A stretch of 8,875 bases of DNA from an uncultured archaeon (GTDB taxonomy: Archaea > Iainarchaeota > Iainarchaeia > Iainarchaeales > 0-14-0-20-30-16). The notes beneath the pieces were generated by a model. The model was not told the DNA's origin. It worked only from the letters and a program-made list of their open reading frames with translations, and made no database searches. Of this stretch, positions 1 through 6,778 are shown piece by piece. Both the position numbers and the translations under genes were made by a program. Where the stretch lies: positions 2,887 to 11,761 of the forward strand of contig CAZMGA010000018.1 in NCBI GenBank assembly GCA_964565725.1, read 5' to 3'. Every line of letters starts with the position of its first letter. The first letter of the stretch is position 1.

Positions 1-896
1 ATTATCAAAATTATAATAATTATCAAAGTTATAATAATTATCAATCTTATAATGCAAATGATTTTGATTTTGAAAGCATATTTAAACAATTTGGTTTTGG
101 TTTTGATGATTCAGATAATCTATTTAGTAATAGAAGGCAAAGAAAAAACACATCTTCAGATTTGCAATATAATTTAGAAATTGATTTGGAAGATTCTTAT
201 TATGGTAATACTAAAAAAATAAAAATACCTACTCAAAAAACTTGTAAACATTGTAATGGTAATGGATCCGAACCAGGGCATTTAAAAATTTGCCCAAAAT
301 GTGATGGTTCTGGTAAATTAAAAAAAGTAGTTTCTAGTTTATTTGGACAAATGGTTACTATAGTACAATGTGATGCTTGTCATGGATTAGGAAAAATTTC
401 AGATAAAAAATGTGAAGAATGTAAAGGTAAAGGTATTATATCTGGTGAAAAAATATTAGATGTGAAAATTCCTAAAGGTGTAGTTACAAATACAGTTTTA
501 AGGCTATCTAAAGAAGGTTTTAATGAAGGTAATTTGTATATTAATATAATTGTAAAAAAACATCCTTATTTTTCAGTTCAACAAGATGATATTTATGTTA
601 ATGAAAACATAAATTTGTTAACTGCTTTAAATGGAGGAGAAATTAAAGTTAAAACTATTAAAGGTTTTGCAGATTTAAAAATTCCTGCCGGTACTCAAAA
701 TAATACTACTTTTAAAATGAAAGGTCTAGGTATGCCAAATTTAAATTCTTCAAATTATGGCAATCAATATGTTAAAGTAAATATTGAAATTCCTAATTTA
801 ACTAAGGAACAAAAAGAACAAATAGAAGAAATATTATCCAATACTAAAAAACAAGAAAAATCCAAAAAAAAGAAAAGTTTTTTTAGTAAAAATTAA
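1..896 (+). CDS. dnaJ: Chaperone DnaJ (class A / type I), 5'-truncated by the window edge. Codons are in phase with position 3 and the stop is TAA at 894-896.
   Basis: The reading frame is open from position 3. Four zinc-finger motifs are present (CKHCNGNG, CPKCDGSG, CDACHGLG, CEECKGKG; nt 243-434). They are followed by the typical DnaJ C-terminal beta-domains (ILDVKIPKGV..., IKVKTIKG.ADLKIPAGTQNNTTFKMKGLGMP). Upstream lie an FGFGFDD remnant of the G/F region and a Y/Q/N-rich linker. The TTG at 162 in the ORF track is only an internal codon. Confidence 0.9.
   Translation, partial: YQNYNNYQSYNNYQSYNANDFDFESIFKQFGFGFDDSDNLFSNRRQRKNTSSDLQYNLEIDLEDSYYGNTKKIKIPTQKTCKHCNGNGSEPGHLKICPKCDGSGKLKKVVSSLFGQMVTIVQCDACHGLGKISDKKCEECKGKGIISGEKILDVKIPKGVVTNTVLRLSKEGFNEGNLYINIIVKKHPYFSVQQDDIYVNENINLLTALNGGEIKVKTIKGFADLKIPAGTQNNTTFKMKGLGMPNLNSSNYGNQYVKVNIEIPNLTKEQKEQIEEILSNTKKQEKSKKKKSFFSKN
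2..55 (+). repeat. 18-bp tandem repeat x3 inside dnaJ, encoding the hexapeptide YQ(N/S)YN(N/A). It may continue upstream of the window.
   Basis: Units are 2-19 ttatcaaaattataataa, 20-37 ttatcaaagttataataa and 38-55 ttatcaatcttataatgc. They are in frame with dnaJ. Confidence 0.8.
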
Positions 897-925
897 TTAT
901 ATATTTTTAATTTAAAAATAAAAAA

Positions 926-948
926 AATTAAAGCCAAAGGCTTTAATT
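926..948. terminator. Hairpin between the convergent dnaJ and the minus-strand operon. It is a likely terminator, especially for the minus-strand transcript.
   Basis: Perfect inverted repeat TTAAAGCC (928-935), loop AAA, GGCTTTAA (939-946), extendable by two A:T pairs. On the minus strand it is followed immediately by a T-rich run (complement of 911-925). On the plus strand a T5 run at 905-909 follows the dnaJ stop. The stem overlaps the stop codon of the 943-1203 gene. Confidence 0.5.
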
Positions 949-1203
949 CATATCTAATGAAGGTTCTTCTAACAAATTATCTAATTCTTTTAAAGTATTA
1001 TCTATCTCTAAAATATCTTTGTTTATTTGATCTTCTAAAGATAAATTTTTCAAATCATCTGATATTTGTTTTTCTTCATTAGTTATATTTTGCAAGTCAT
1101 CTACTTCATCGAAATTATCTACGTTTTTGTTTGAAACACAACCTGCTAAAAATATTGTTGCCATTAATGCAAAAATTAATACCACAAAAATATATTTTCG
1201 CAT
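943..1203 (-). CDS. Small (86 aa) acidic putative lipoprotein of unknown function.
   Basis: The N-terminus MRKYIFVVLIFALMATIFLAGC has a basic n-region, a hydrophobic core and a lipobox-like L-A-G-C. The remainder is D/E/N-rich and predicted helical. A GGTGA SD (complement of 1208-1212) lies 4 nt before the ATG. The start abuts the stop of the upstream gene (1204-1206). Confidence 0.7.
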   Translation of the reverse strand: MRKYIFVVLIFALMATIFLAGCVSNKNVDNFDEVDDLQNITNEEKQISDDLKNLSLEDQINKDILEIDNTLKELDNLLEEPSLDMN

Positions 1204-2085
1204 CTATTCACCTTTTTCATTATTATATGCAACTAATAATTTTACTAAATCTGTTCTTACTTCGTGGATTTTATCTTTTACTTCTTTTAAAATAACATTA
1301 ATTTCAGAAACATTTACATTTTCAATAGATTTTAATTCTACTTGTTTTTCTGTAATGTATATTTTTAGATTTGCTAATTTTTCAGAAACTGTTTTTAATT
1401 GAGAATTTAATTCTTCATTATTTAAATCTGAAATTTTTTCTTCTAAGTTATTTAAAGTAGTATCCATTTTTTCCAAAACATTTTTAGTGCCTTCTAAATA
1501 CATACTTGAAACAAATATTTTTCTTTTATGTTCTGAATTTTTCCAAACATTTTGAATATTTTCAATAGTTGTTGTAATTTCTTCCTTTGTAGAATTTTCA
1601 TCAATTAATGCAGCAAATTCTTGAACTTTAGTTATTTGTTCATTTATAAAATTTTCATCAACATTTTTTGCATTTTTCAAACTTTCTAAATGTTTTATCA
1701 TTTTATCTGCAACAACTTGTACGTATTCTAATGTTAATTTTTTTCCCATATTTGAATCTAACATTTCATTTAAATCTTTATGTTCTTGTCTTTTTTCTTC
1801 CCATGTTAATTTTTTATCATTATATTTTTTTAATCTTTCTTCCATTTGATCTTTAAACTCATTAATTTTATTTTGTATTTTTTCTTTAGACATGTTTAAT
1901 CTATTTTCCAAATATTTGTATCCATTAGCATCTATACAAACATTATTTTGAAAATTGCCATCGTTCATACAAGTTTCTTTATTCATAAACTTGTTTTTTA
2001 TTTGATCTTCATTTGGAAATGCAAATATTAATGAACTTAATAATATCATTCCAAATAAAACTGAAAATATATTGCTTATTCTCAT
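1204..2085 (-). CDS. Secreted or membrane-tethered alpha-helical (coiled-coil-like) protein of 293 aa, unknown function.
   Basis: N-terminal signal peptide MRISNIFSVLFGMILLSSLIFAFP. A short 2-Cys segment (ETCMND...NNVCID) is followed by about 230 aa of K/E/N/L-rich helical sequence. A strong SD GGAGGG (complement of 2092-2097) lies 6 nt upstream of the ATG. Confidence 0.75.
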   Translation of the reverse strand: MRISNIFSVLFGMILLSSLIFAFPNEDQIKNKFMNKETCMNDGNFQNNVCIDANGYKYLENRLNMSKEKIQNKINEFKDQMEERLKKYNDKKLTWEEKRQEHKDLNEMLDSNMGKKLTLEYVQVVADKMIKHLESLKNAKNVDENFINEQITKVQEFAALIDENSTKEEITTTIENIQNVWKNSEHKRKIFVSSMYLEGTKNVLEKMDTTLNNLEEKISDLNNEELNSQLKTVSEKLANLKIYITEKQVELKSIENVNVSEINVILKEVKDKIHEVRTDLVKLLVAYNNEKGE

Positions 2086-2126
2086 ATTTTTCCCTCCTTG
2101 AATTATATAAATTCAATTAATAAAGA

Positions 2127-2168
2127 TTGGAAACCATATATAAATTTATTTGGAAACTGTAGGAAACT
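2127..2168 (-). promoter_or_regulatory. Candidate promoter and operator for the 2085->943 operon: a TATA-like box flanked by GGAAAC direct repeats.
   Basis: The minus-strand TTTATATAT (complement of 2136-2144) is centred about 55 nt upstream of the ATG at 2085. That would give a leader of about 29 nt containing the GGAGGG SD. TTGGAAAC occurs at 2127-2134 and 2150-2157, and GGAAACT at 2162-2168. A second TATA-like string at 2102-2112 makes the assignment ambiguous in this AT-rich DNA. Confidence 0.35.
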
Positions 2169-2195
2169 ATGTTGATTTTTGCCCATTTTTCAAAT

Positions 2196-2972
2196 TTAAT
2201 TAGTACTCTTATTTTTCAAAATAATTTTATTTACTTTCCCTACTCTTTTTCTTTCTATTAAATCTTGCCTTTCTAATTTATTTAATATCTTAGATAAATG
2301 GCTTTTTTTGAGGTTTAATAAATTAGCAATTTCTTGTTGTGTTAAATTTTTGTTTTTAATTAAATTTAATATGTTTTTTTGTGTGTTATCTAAAAATTTT
2401 AAATTTTTGTTTTTAGCAATATTTTGTTTTTTATAATAAAAATATATACCTAAAATAATTATTAATAATACAATGGAAATAATTAATCCAAAAAGAAAAT
2501 TTAAATATTTTGTTTTATTTTCATAAACTAGATATAAAATAAAATTTTCTTTTGTATTATAAATATATTTATCATTATCTATTGAATAATCTGAATTTAT
2601 TTTCAAAACTTTAATATCTGATTTTATACTTATTTTTGTTTCATCCAATATTTCAAAATCCAAAGTTTTTTCTAAGGTATTTTTATTTTCTAAAAACTTT
2701 GTACCTTTATATTTTAAAATTAAAGTACCTTTATTGGAATAAACATAAAGTTTTGAATCATTAATTTTATAATTCAAGTCAGGTAATCCTTTAATATAAA
2801 TTAATTCTTGAAAATCAGGCAAATACATTTCAAAATTAGAATTATAATAAATAGTATAATCTATATAAGGAGTAAAATTATGGACGTCTACAAATATTTC
2901 ATTATTTGCAAATATTAGTGGTAAATTAAATAATAAAAATATAAATAATAAAAACTTTAAATTATTACTCAT
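2196..2972 (-). CDS. Membrane-anchored winged-helix (MarR/ArsR/TrmB-like) DNA-binding protein, 258 aa. Layout: signal peptide, extracytoplasmic domain, TM helix, cytoplasmic wHTH.
   Basis: The preferred start is the ATG at 2972 (MSNNLKFLLFIFLLFNLPLIFA|NN, a classical signal peptide). The extracytoplasmic region is about 155 aa. The TM helix NFLFGLIISIVLLIIILGIYFYY (nt 2433-2501) is followed by a basic KKQNIAKNKN flank, consistent with positive-inside. The C-terminal sequence LDNTQKNILNLIKNKNLTQQEIANLLNLKKSHLSKILNKLERQDLIERKRVGKVNKIIL (nt 2214-2399) fits helix-turn-helix plus wing. Confidence 0.8.
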   Translation of the reverse strand: MSNNLKFLLFIFLLFNLPLIFANNEIFVDVHNFTPYIDYTIYYNSNFEMYLPDFQELIYIKGLPDLNYKINDSKLYVYSNKGTLILKYKGTKFLENKNTLEKTLDFEILDETKISIKSDIKVLKINSDYSIDNDKYIYNTKENFILYLVYENKTKYLNFLFGLIISIVLLIIILGIYFYYKKQNIAKNKNLKFLDNTQKNILNLIKNKNLTQQEIANLLNLKKSHLSKILNKLERQDLIERKRVGKVNKIILKNKSTN

Positions 2973-3072
2973 AATTATATAAAAATAATTACATTTAAAA
3001 ATAGTAATTGTGGGCTTAACTTTATGAGTTAAAAAATAACTATTTATAAACATTTCTATATTTATATTATAT
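2973..3072. promoter_or_regulatory. Divergent promoter region with TATA-like boxes about 26 nt from each start codon. No SD is present on either side, suggesting leaderless mRNAs.
   Basis: On the plus strand, TTTATAAA at 3043-3050 is centred about 26 nt before the ATG at 3073. On the minus strand, TATTTTTAAA (complement of 2994-3003) is centred about 26 nt before the ATG at 2972. AT-richness makes chance matches likely. Confidence 0.35.
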
Positions 3073-4263
3073 ATGATTGAGAGAAATTATTTAGATTATT
3101 TAATTAAAGGATTATTTTTATTTTTTTCTGTATTTCTAATTCTTTCTATAGTAAATGCCTATAATTTGAATTATGAAATTTATCCAGAATCTAATAATTT
3201 AACCTTACAAAGTAATTCTAACTATAGTTTAAATGTTTTTTATAAATTAAATACTACAACTCCATTAAACTTTAGTTTTGATGTAATTTGTCCAGAAGGG
3301 ATTGAAGTAAATAATATTACTAATATAAAATCCTATTTAGCTTTTAAAATAAAATTAAATTTTAGAGTAAAAGATATAAAGGAAGGAAGTTACCCTATAA
3401 TTTTAAGAACTAAAGTTTTATATAATGGAAAATTAAATGTAAGAGATACAATTTTAAATTTGAATGTTGAAAAAAATTCTGGACAAATATTCTTTTCATC
3501 TGATTTTAGAAATGATTTACCAGAATTAGAATTGATAAATATATCTCAAACAAATTTTATAATAGATTCTAATTCAAGTACTTTTTTTCAATTTAATTTA
3601 AAAAACTTAGGTTCTGCTAGTTCATATATTTTGGAATCTGAAATTAATTCTTTAGACAAAAATAAAATTAATATAATTTACAGTGAAAAAATATTTGATT
3701 TACAAAATAACGAAAGCAAAACTGTTTTAATAAATGTTGATTTTAATAATTATAATTTAGAATACACATCTATTGATTTTTTTGCTATAGAAAATAGTAC
3801 TAATAAAAAATATTTTTTAGGTAGAGTGAATTTTGTTTTAAATATTCCTAAAATAGATGTTTTTTATAACAAAGATTTAAATTTAATTTTAATTACAAAT
3901 AATGGTTTAGATAAAGTAAATTTAGATTTAAATAATAATATATATTCTGAAAATGTAAACTTGATTCCTGGGCAAATATTAACAATAAATTTAGACGAAA
4001 ATATTATTGACTACAATGTTTCTATGAATAATAAATTAATTTCTAGTTTTGTATTTGAAAAAGAAGATAAATTTTTAGATGCTAAAAAAAATAAAGATTT
4101 AAACTTTTCAGGCGTTGCTGGATTTTTTTCTTTAAGTGAAGGTTCAATATATTTTGGAATTACAATATTAATTTTAATAATATTTATTTTAATAATTAGA
4201 AAATTATTTTTTACAAATAGTATTTTTGGGAAATCAATATCAGTTAAAAATATTAAATTGTAA
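3073..4263 (+). CDS. Cell-surface protein of 396 aa: signal peptide, about three beta-sandwich-like (CARDB/NEW3-like by pattern) modules, and a C-terminal TM anchor.
   Basis: The N-terminal hydrophobic segment LFLFFSVFLILSIVNA|YN is followed by repeated beta-strand-pattern modules (e.g. FIIDSNSSTFFQFNLKNLGSASSYILESE). There are 11 N-x-S/T sequons. The C-terminal TM helix IYFGITILILIIFILII (nt about 4144-4206) is followed by a basic tail RK...K..K. Confidence 0.8.
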   Translation: MIERNYLDYLIKGLFLFFSVFLILSIVNAYNLNYEIYPESNNLTLQSNSNYSLNVFYKLNTTTPLNFSFDVICPEGIEVNNITNIKSYLAFKIKLNFRVKDIKEGSYPIILRTKVLYNGKLNVRDTILNLNVEKNSGQIFFSSDFRNDLPELELINISQTNFIIDSNSSTFFQFNLKNLGSASSYILESEINSLDKNKINIIYSEKIFDLQNNESKTVLINVDFNNYNLEYTSIDFFAIENSTNKKYFLGRVNFVLNIPKIDVFYNKDLNLILITNNGLDKVNLDLNNNIYSENVNLIPGQILTINLDENIIDYNVSMNNKLISSFVFEKEDKFLDAKKNKDLNFSGVAGFFSLSEGSIYFGITILILIIFILIIRKLFFTNSIFGKSISVKNIKL

Positions 4264-4279
4264 TTTTTGATTTTTTTTT
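4264..4279 (+). terminator. Oligo-T tract (T5 then T9) directly after the stop of the surface-protein gene. This is an archaeal-style termination signal.
   Basis: The sequence taa-TTTTTgaTTTTTTTTT occupies 4261-4279. It lies in the 19-nt gap between convergent genes. Confidence 0.35.
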
Positions 4280-4282
4280 AAA

Positions 4283-6778
4283 TTAAACTATTTTTTTACC
4301 TGTAAAACAATCAAACATAATTGTTTCTTTTGTATCTAAATTGGTAATTAAAAACTCTGGTTTTAATATAGTTTCTATTTCATCTATTTTTATAGTATCC
4401 CACAAAGTACCTAAAATATTTCTAACGGTTTCAAATGTTGCTTTACTATCTAAAATATCTTCTTTATTTATTGGTTCTTCAATTAATTCTATTTTTTCAA
4501 AAGAACTTAATAATTTGTGAATTGGATTAGTAGTAATTTCTAAATTTTTTATTAAAAAGTATACGTTTTTTATACCTCTTTTTTCTTTTCTTAACAATCC
4601 CAAACTAATAAATCTTTCCATAGTATTTTTTAATTTTACATCTCCAAATGAAAATTTATCTTTTAAATAATCATTATCAAAGCCTTTTTTTTCTGGCAAG
4701 TGCAATAATATTCTTATATCATCCGCTTCCAAAGTTCTTAATATATTTAATCCTTCTGAATAAGCAAAATTTTCTCCAACAAAATGAATAAATTCTAATT
4801 TTACAGTATCTATATAACAAGAGTTCTTTACAAAGCTTCCATCTTTTTTATGTGATCTATAATTTACTTTAAATATTGGTCTATATACGTGATTTATATT
4901 AAAATTCATCCAACCCAAACTTCTTTTTACCAGTCCTGTAATTTCTTCTTCGTCTACTTGTGGTTCTACAATTTTATATGATATTTTTTCTTCAACAAAT
5001 TCTGCATCATCTTCATCATTTTTAGGCATGAAAAATTTACCTTTGTTTTCTGTAATTCCATTGTTTAATAAATTTTTAATAAATATTTCATATGTAATAT
5101 CTGTTTTATATTTCATATTCATGATTTTTAATAATGTTTTTAATGAATGTTCATCTAATTCTTCAAATTGTTTTAATTTATGTTTTGTAATACTCATCAT
5201 TAATTCTATTACTTCTTCTTTTGTAAATTCTTTTTGAGTTTCATTTGTTTGTATTGCTCTACCTTCATGTTGACTCATTCTTGGTCTTACAGTCATCACA
5301 AAAGCTCTAGAAGTTGTTTCAACTCTATCTGCTAAAATTGGAATTCCTACACTTAATTGTTTTATAAAAGAAGGATCTTTGAAATTTTTAGGAACTACTG
5401 TTGGCATTCTTTTAAATACTGCTTTAATATCATCATCAAATACTAATTTATAAGTTATTAAAGTACCTACTTGTGATAAAACTCTTGAATCTATTGCTGA
5501 AGGTTGTTGTGTTGCTATTACTAAAGAACAACCTGGTTTTCTTCCTTGTTTTACATATTCTATAATTGCTTTAGATGCTGGTGTTGCTAAAGACCCCGAA
5601 GGTATTAATGTGTGCGCTTCATCTAAAAATAACCATGTTGGTGGAATATCATTTTCTAAATCAATTTTTAAATTCGATGAAAATTCTTTTGTAGATTCTT
5701 TTCTTGAATTTACTTTTCTTGCATTTAAAACTCTTCTTGCTAATATTCCTACTAATAAAGCAGAAACATTTTCATCTAAAAAACTAGTATCTATAATTGT
5801 TAATTGTCCAGGTACAGATAATTCCATTAATGGAGTTCCTCTTTTAGAAAAAATTCCCCATGTTTTTGCAGCCTCAAATCTAGAAACTAAAGCCCTTATA
5901 GATTCTTTTCTATAACCTTTTTCTTTAGAGTTTAATTCAGCATCATTTTCTAAACAAAAAATTATATCATTTATATCAAAATTATCTTCTTTTGGTTTAA
6001 ATAACAACCCTTTAGTAGTTCTAAAACCATCTCTTACTTTTTTAATTACTTTTTCTAATAACAAACCAGATGGAGAAAATCTATCTATTGTAAAAGTTAA
6101 GGCCCAATCTTCAGATGTTAAAAATGCGGGTTGTATAGTAATAACAGAATCATAAGTTTCTTTAGGTATTTTTTCTGTGGCTCCTTCAGGTACAAAAACC
6201 ATAACATTATTCAAGCCTTTAGGTTTTAAATTATAATTTTCTAACATTTCAATTTCTTTTTCTTCTTTATTAGGGTATTTCATAGACCAAAATACACCTA
6301 TAGGATCAATCACTATTTGCCCTACATTTTTATTTTTTAATGCTAATTCTTCAGCAATAACTCCTAATATGTATGATTTACCCGAACCTCTTGATCCACA
6401 TACAAAAAAAACTTGTGGGTCTAAAGAATCAAAATAAATATCTTTTTGAGGGTAATCATCATTAACTTTACCTAAATATAATGTTCCTTCTTCACCATAT
6501 TTTTTTAAAACTGATTTTTTTCTACCCACTATTACATGATTAGTTTCTGGATTTTCTAAAAAAGTTAATTCTGCTTTTTCTACAATTTTATTTTTATTTA
6601 TTTTTTCTTCTTCATTTTCAACATCATCAGAAGCTTCGCTTTCATTTTCTTTTAAAGAATTTTCTTCTTCATTTAAATTATTGTTTTCTTCTAATTCTTC
6701 TTCTTTTTCAACAATATGTTTAGAATCTTCATTTTTTTCATTATTATCTGTATTTAAAGTGTCAAATATATCAAACAT
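4283..6778 (-). CDS. HerA/FtsK-superfamily P-loop ATPase (DUF87 / COG0433-like), 831 aa, with an acidic N-terminal tail and a long C-terminal extension carrying a winged helix.
   Basis: The Walker A motif is VCGSRGSGKSY (nt 6374-6397), followed by the HerA-like IVIDPIGVF. The Walker B motif is WLFLDEAHTLIP (nt 5612-5635). The HerA-type motif GRKPGCSLVIATQQPSAIDSRVLSQVGTLITYKL and the downstream VRPRMSQHEGR are also present. Residues about 10-66 are E/N/D-rich and low complexity. Residues about 515-831 have no motif I recognise except a wHTH-like segment (nt 4544-4729). Confidence 0.88.
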   Translation of the reverse strand: MFDIFDTLNTDNNEKNEDSKHIVEKEEELEENNNLNEEENSLKENESEASDDVENEEEKINKNKIVEKAELTFLENPETNHVIVGRKKSVLKKYGEEGTLYLGKVNDDYPQKDIYFDSLDPQVFFVCGSRGSGKSYILGVIAEELALKNKNVGQIVIDPIGVFWSMKYPNKEEKEIEMLENYNLKPKGLNNVMVFVPEGATEKIPKETYDSVITIQPAFLTSEDWALTFTIDRFSPSGLLLEKVIKKVRDGFRTTKGLLFKPKEDNFDINDIIFCLENDAELNSKEKGYRKESIRALVSRFEAAKTWGIFSKRGTPLMELSVPGQLTIIDTSFLDENVSALLVGILARRVLNARKVNSRKESTKEFSSNLKIDLENDIPPTWLFLDEAHTLIPSGSLATPASKAIIEYVKQGRKPGCSLVIATQQPSAIDSRVLSQVGTLITYKLVFDDDIKAVFKRMPTVVPKNFKDPSFIKQLSVGIPILADRVETTSRAFVMTVRPRMSQHEGRAIQTNETQKEFTKEEVIELMMSITKHKLKQFEELDEHSLKTLLKIMNMKYKTDITYEIFIKNLLNNGITENKGKFFMPKNDEDDAEFVEEKISYKIVEPQVDEEEITGLVKRSLGWMNFNINHVYRPIFKVNYRSHKKDGSFVKNSCYIDTVKLEFIHFVGENFAYSEGLNILRTLEADDIRILLHLPEKKGFDNDYLKDKFSFGDVKLKNTMERFISLGLLRKEKRGIKNVYFLIKNLEITTNPIHKLLSSFEKIELIEEPINKEDILDSKATFETVRNILGTLWDTIKIDEIETILKPEFLITNLDTKETIMFDCFTGKKIV

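Noticed and set aside
1127-1402. 91-aa plus-strand ORF overlapping the 943-1203 and 1204-2085 genes.
   Set aside because: It is antisense to two well-supported minus-strand genes. Its F/I/N/S-rich low-complexity translation is typical of shadow ORFs in AT-rich DNA. It has no SD or TATA context.
1668-1856. 62-aa plus-strand ORF inside the 1204-2085 gene.
   Set aside because: It is an antisense shadow ORF with a hydrophobic, F/L-rich nonsense composition and no start-site signals.
2169-2265. Short (about 30-codon) plus-strand ORF starting at the ATG at 2169 in the intergenic region and running antisense into the 3' end of the wHTH gene.
   Set aside because: It is too short, hydrophobic and low complexity, with no SD. 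It most likely arises by chance in AT-rich sequence.
2973-3053. 27-codon 5' extension of the wHTH-membrane gene (track start at 3053).
   Set aside because: The extension (MFINSYFLTHKVKPTITIFKCNYFYII) precedes a perfect signal peptide that starts at the internal Met (2972). It would also consume the divergent promoter, leaving only 19 bp to the neighbouring gene.
5028-5915. Two plus-strand ORFs (5028-5237, 69 aa; 5610-5915, 101 aa) inside the ATPase gene.
   Set aside because: Both are antisense to a gene whose minus-strand frame carries unmistakable Walker A/B and HerA motifs. Their compositions look like reverse-frame artefacts.
4283-6778. Interpretation of the ATPase as the canonical DSB-repair helicase HerA.
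   Set aside because: No nurA, mre11 or rad50 is adjacent. The N-terminus is an acidic tail rather than an obvious full HAS-barrel, and a large wHTH-containing C-terminal extension is present. This cannot be formally excluded without phylogeny, so the call is kept at superfamily level.
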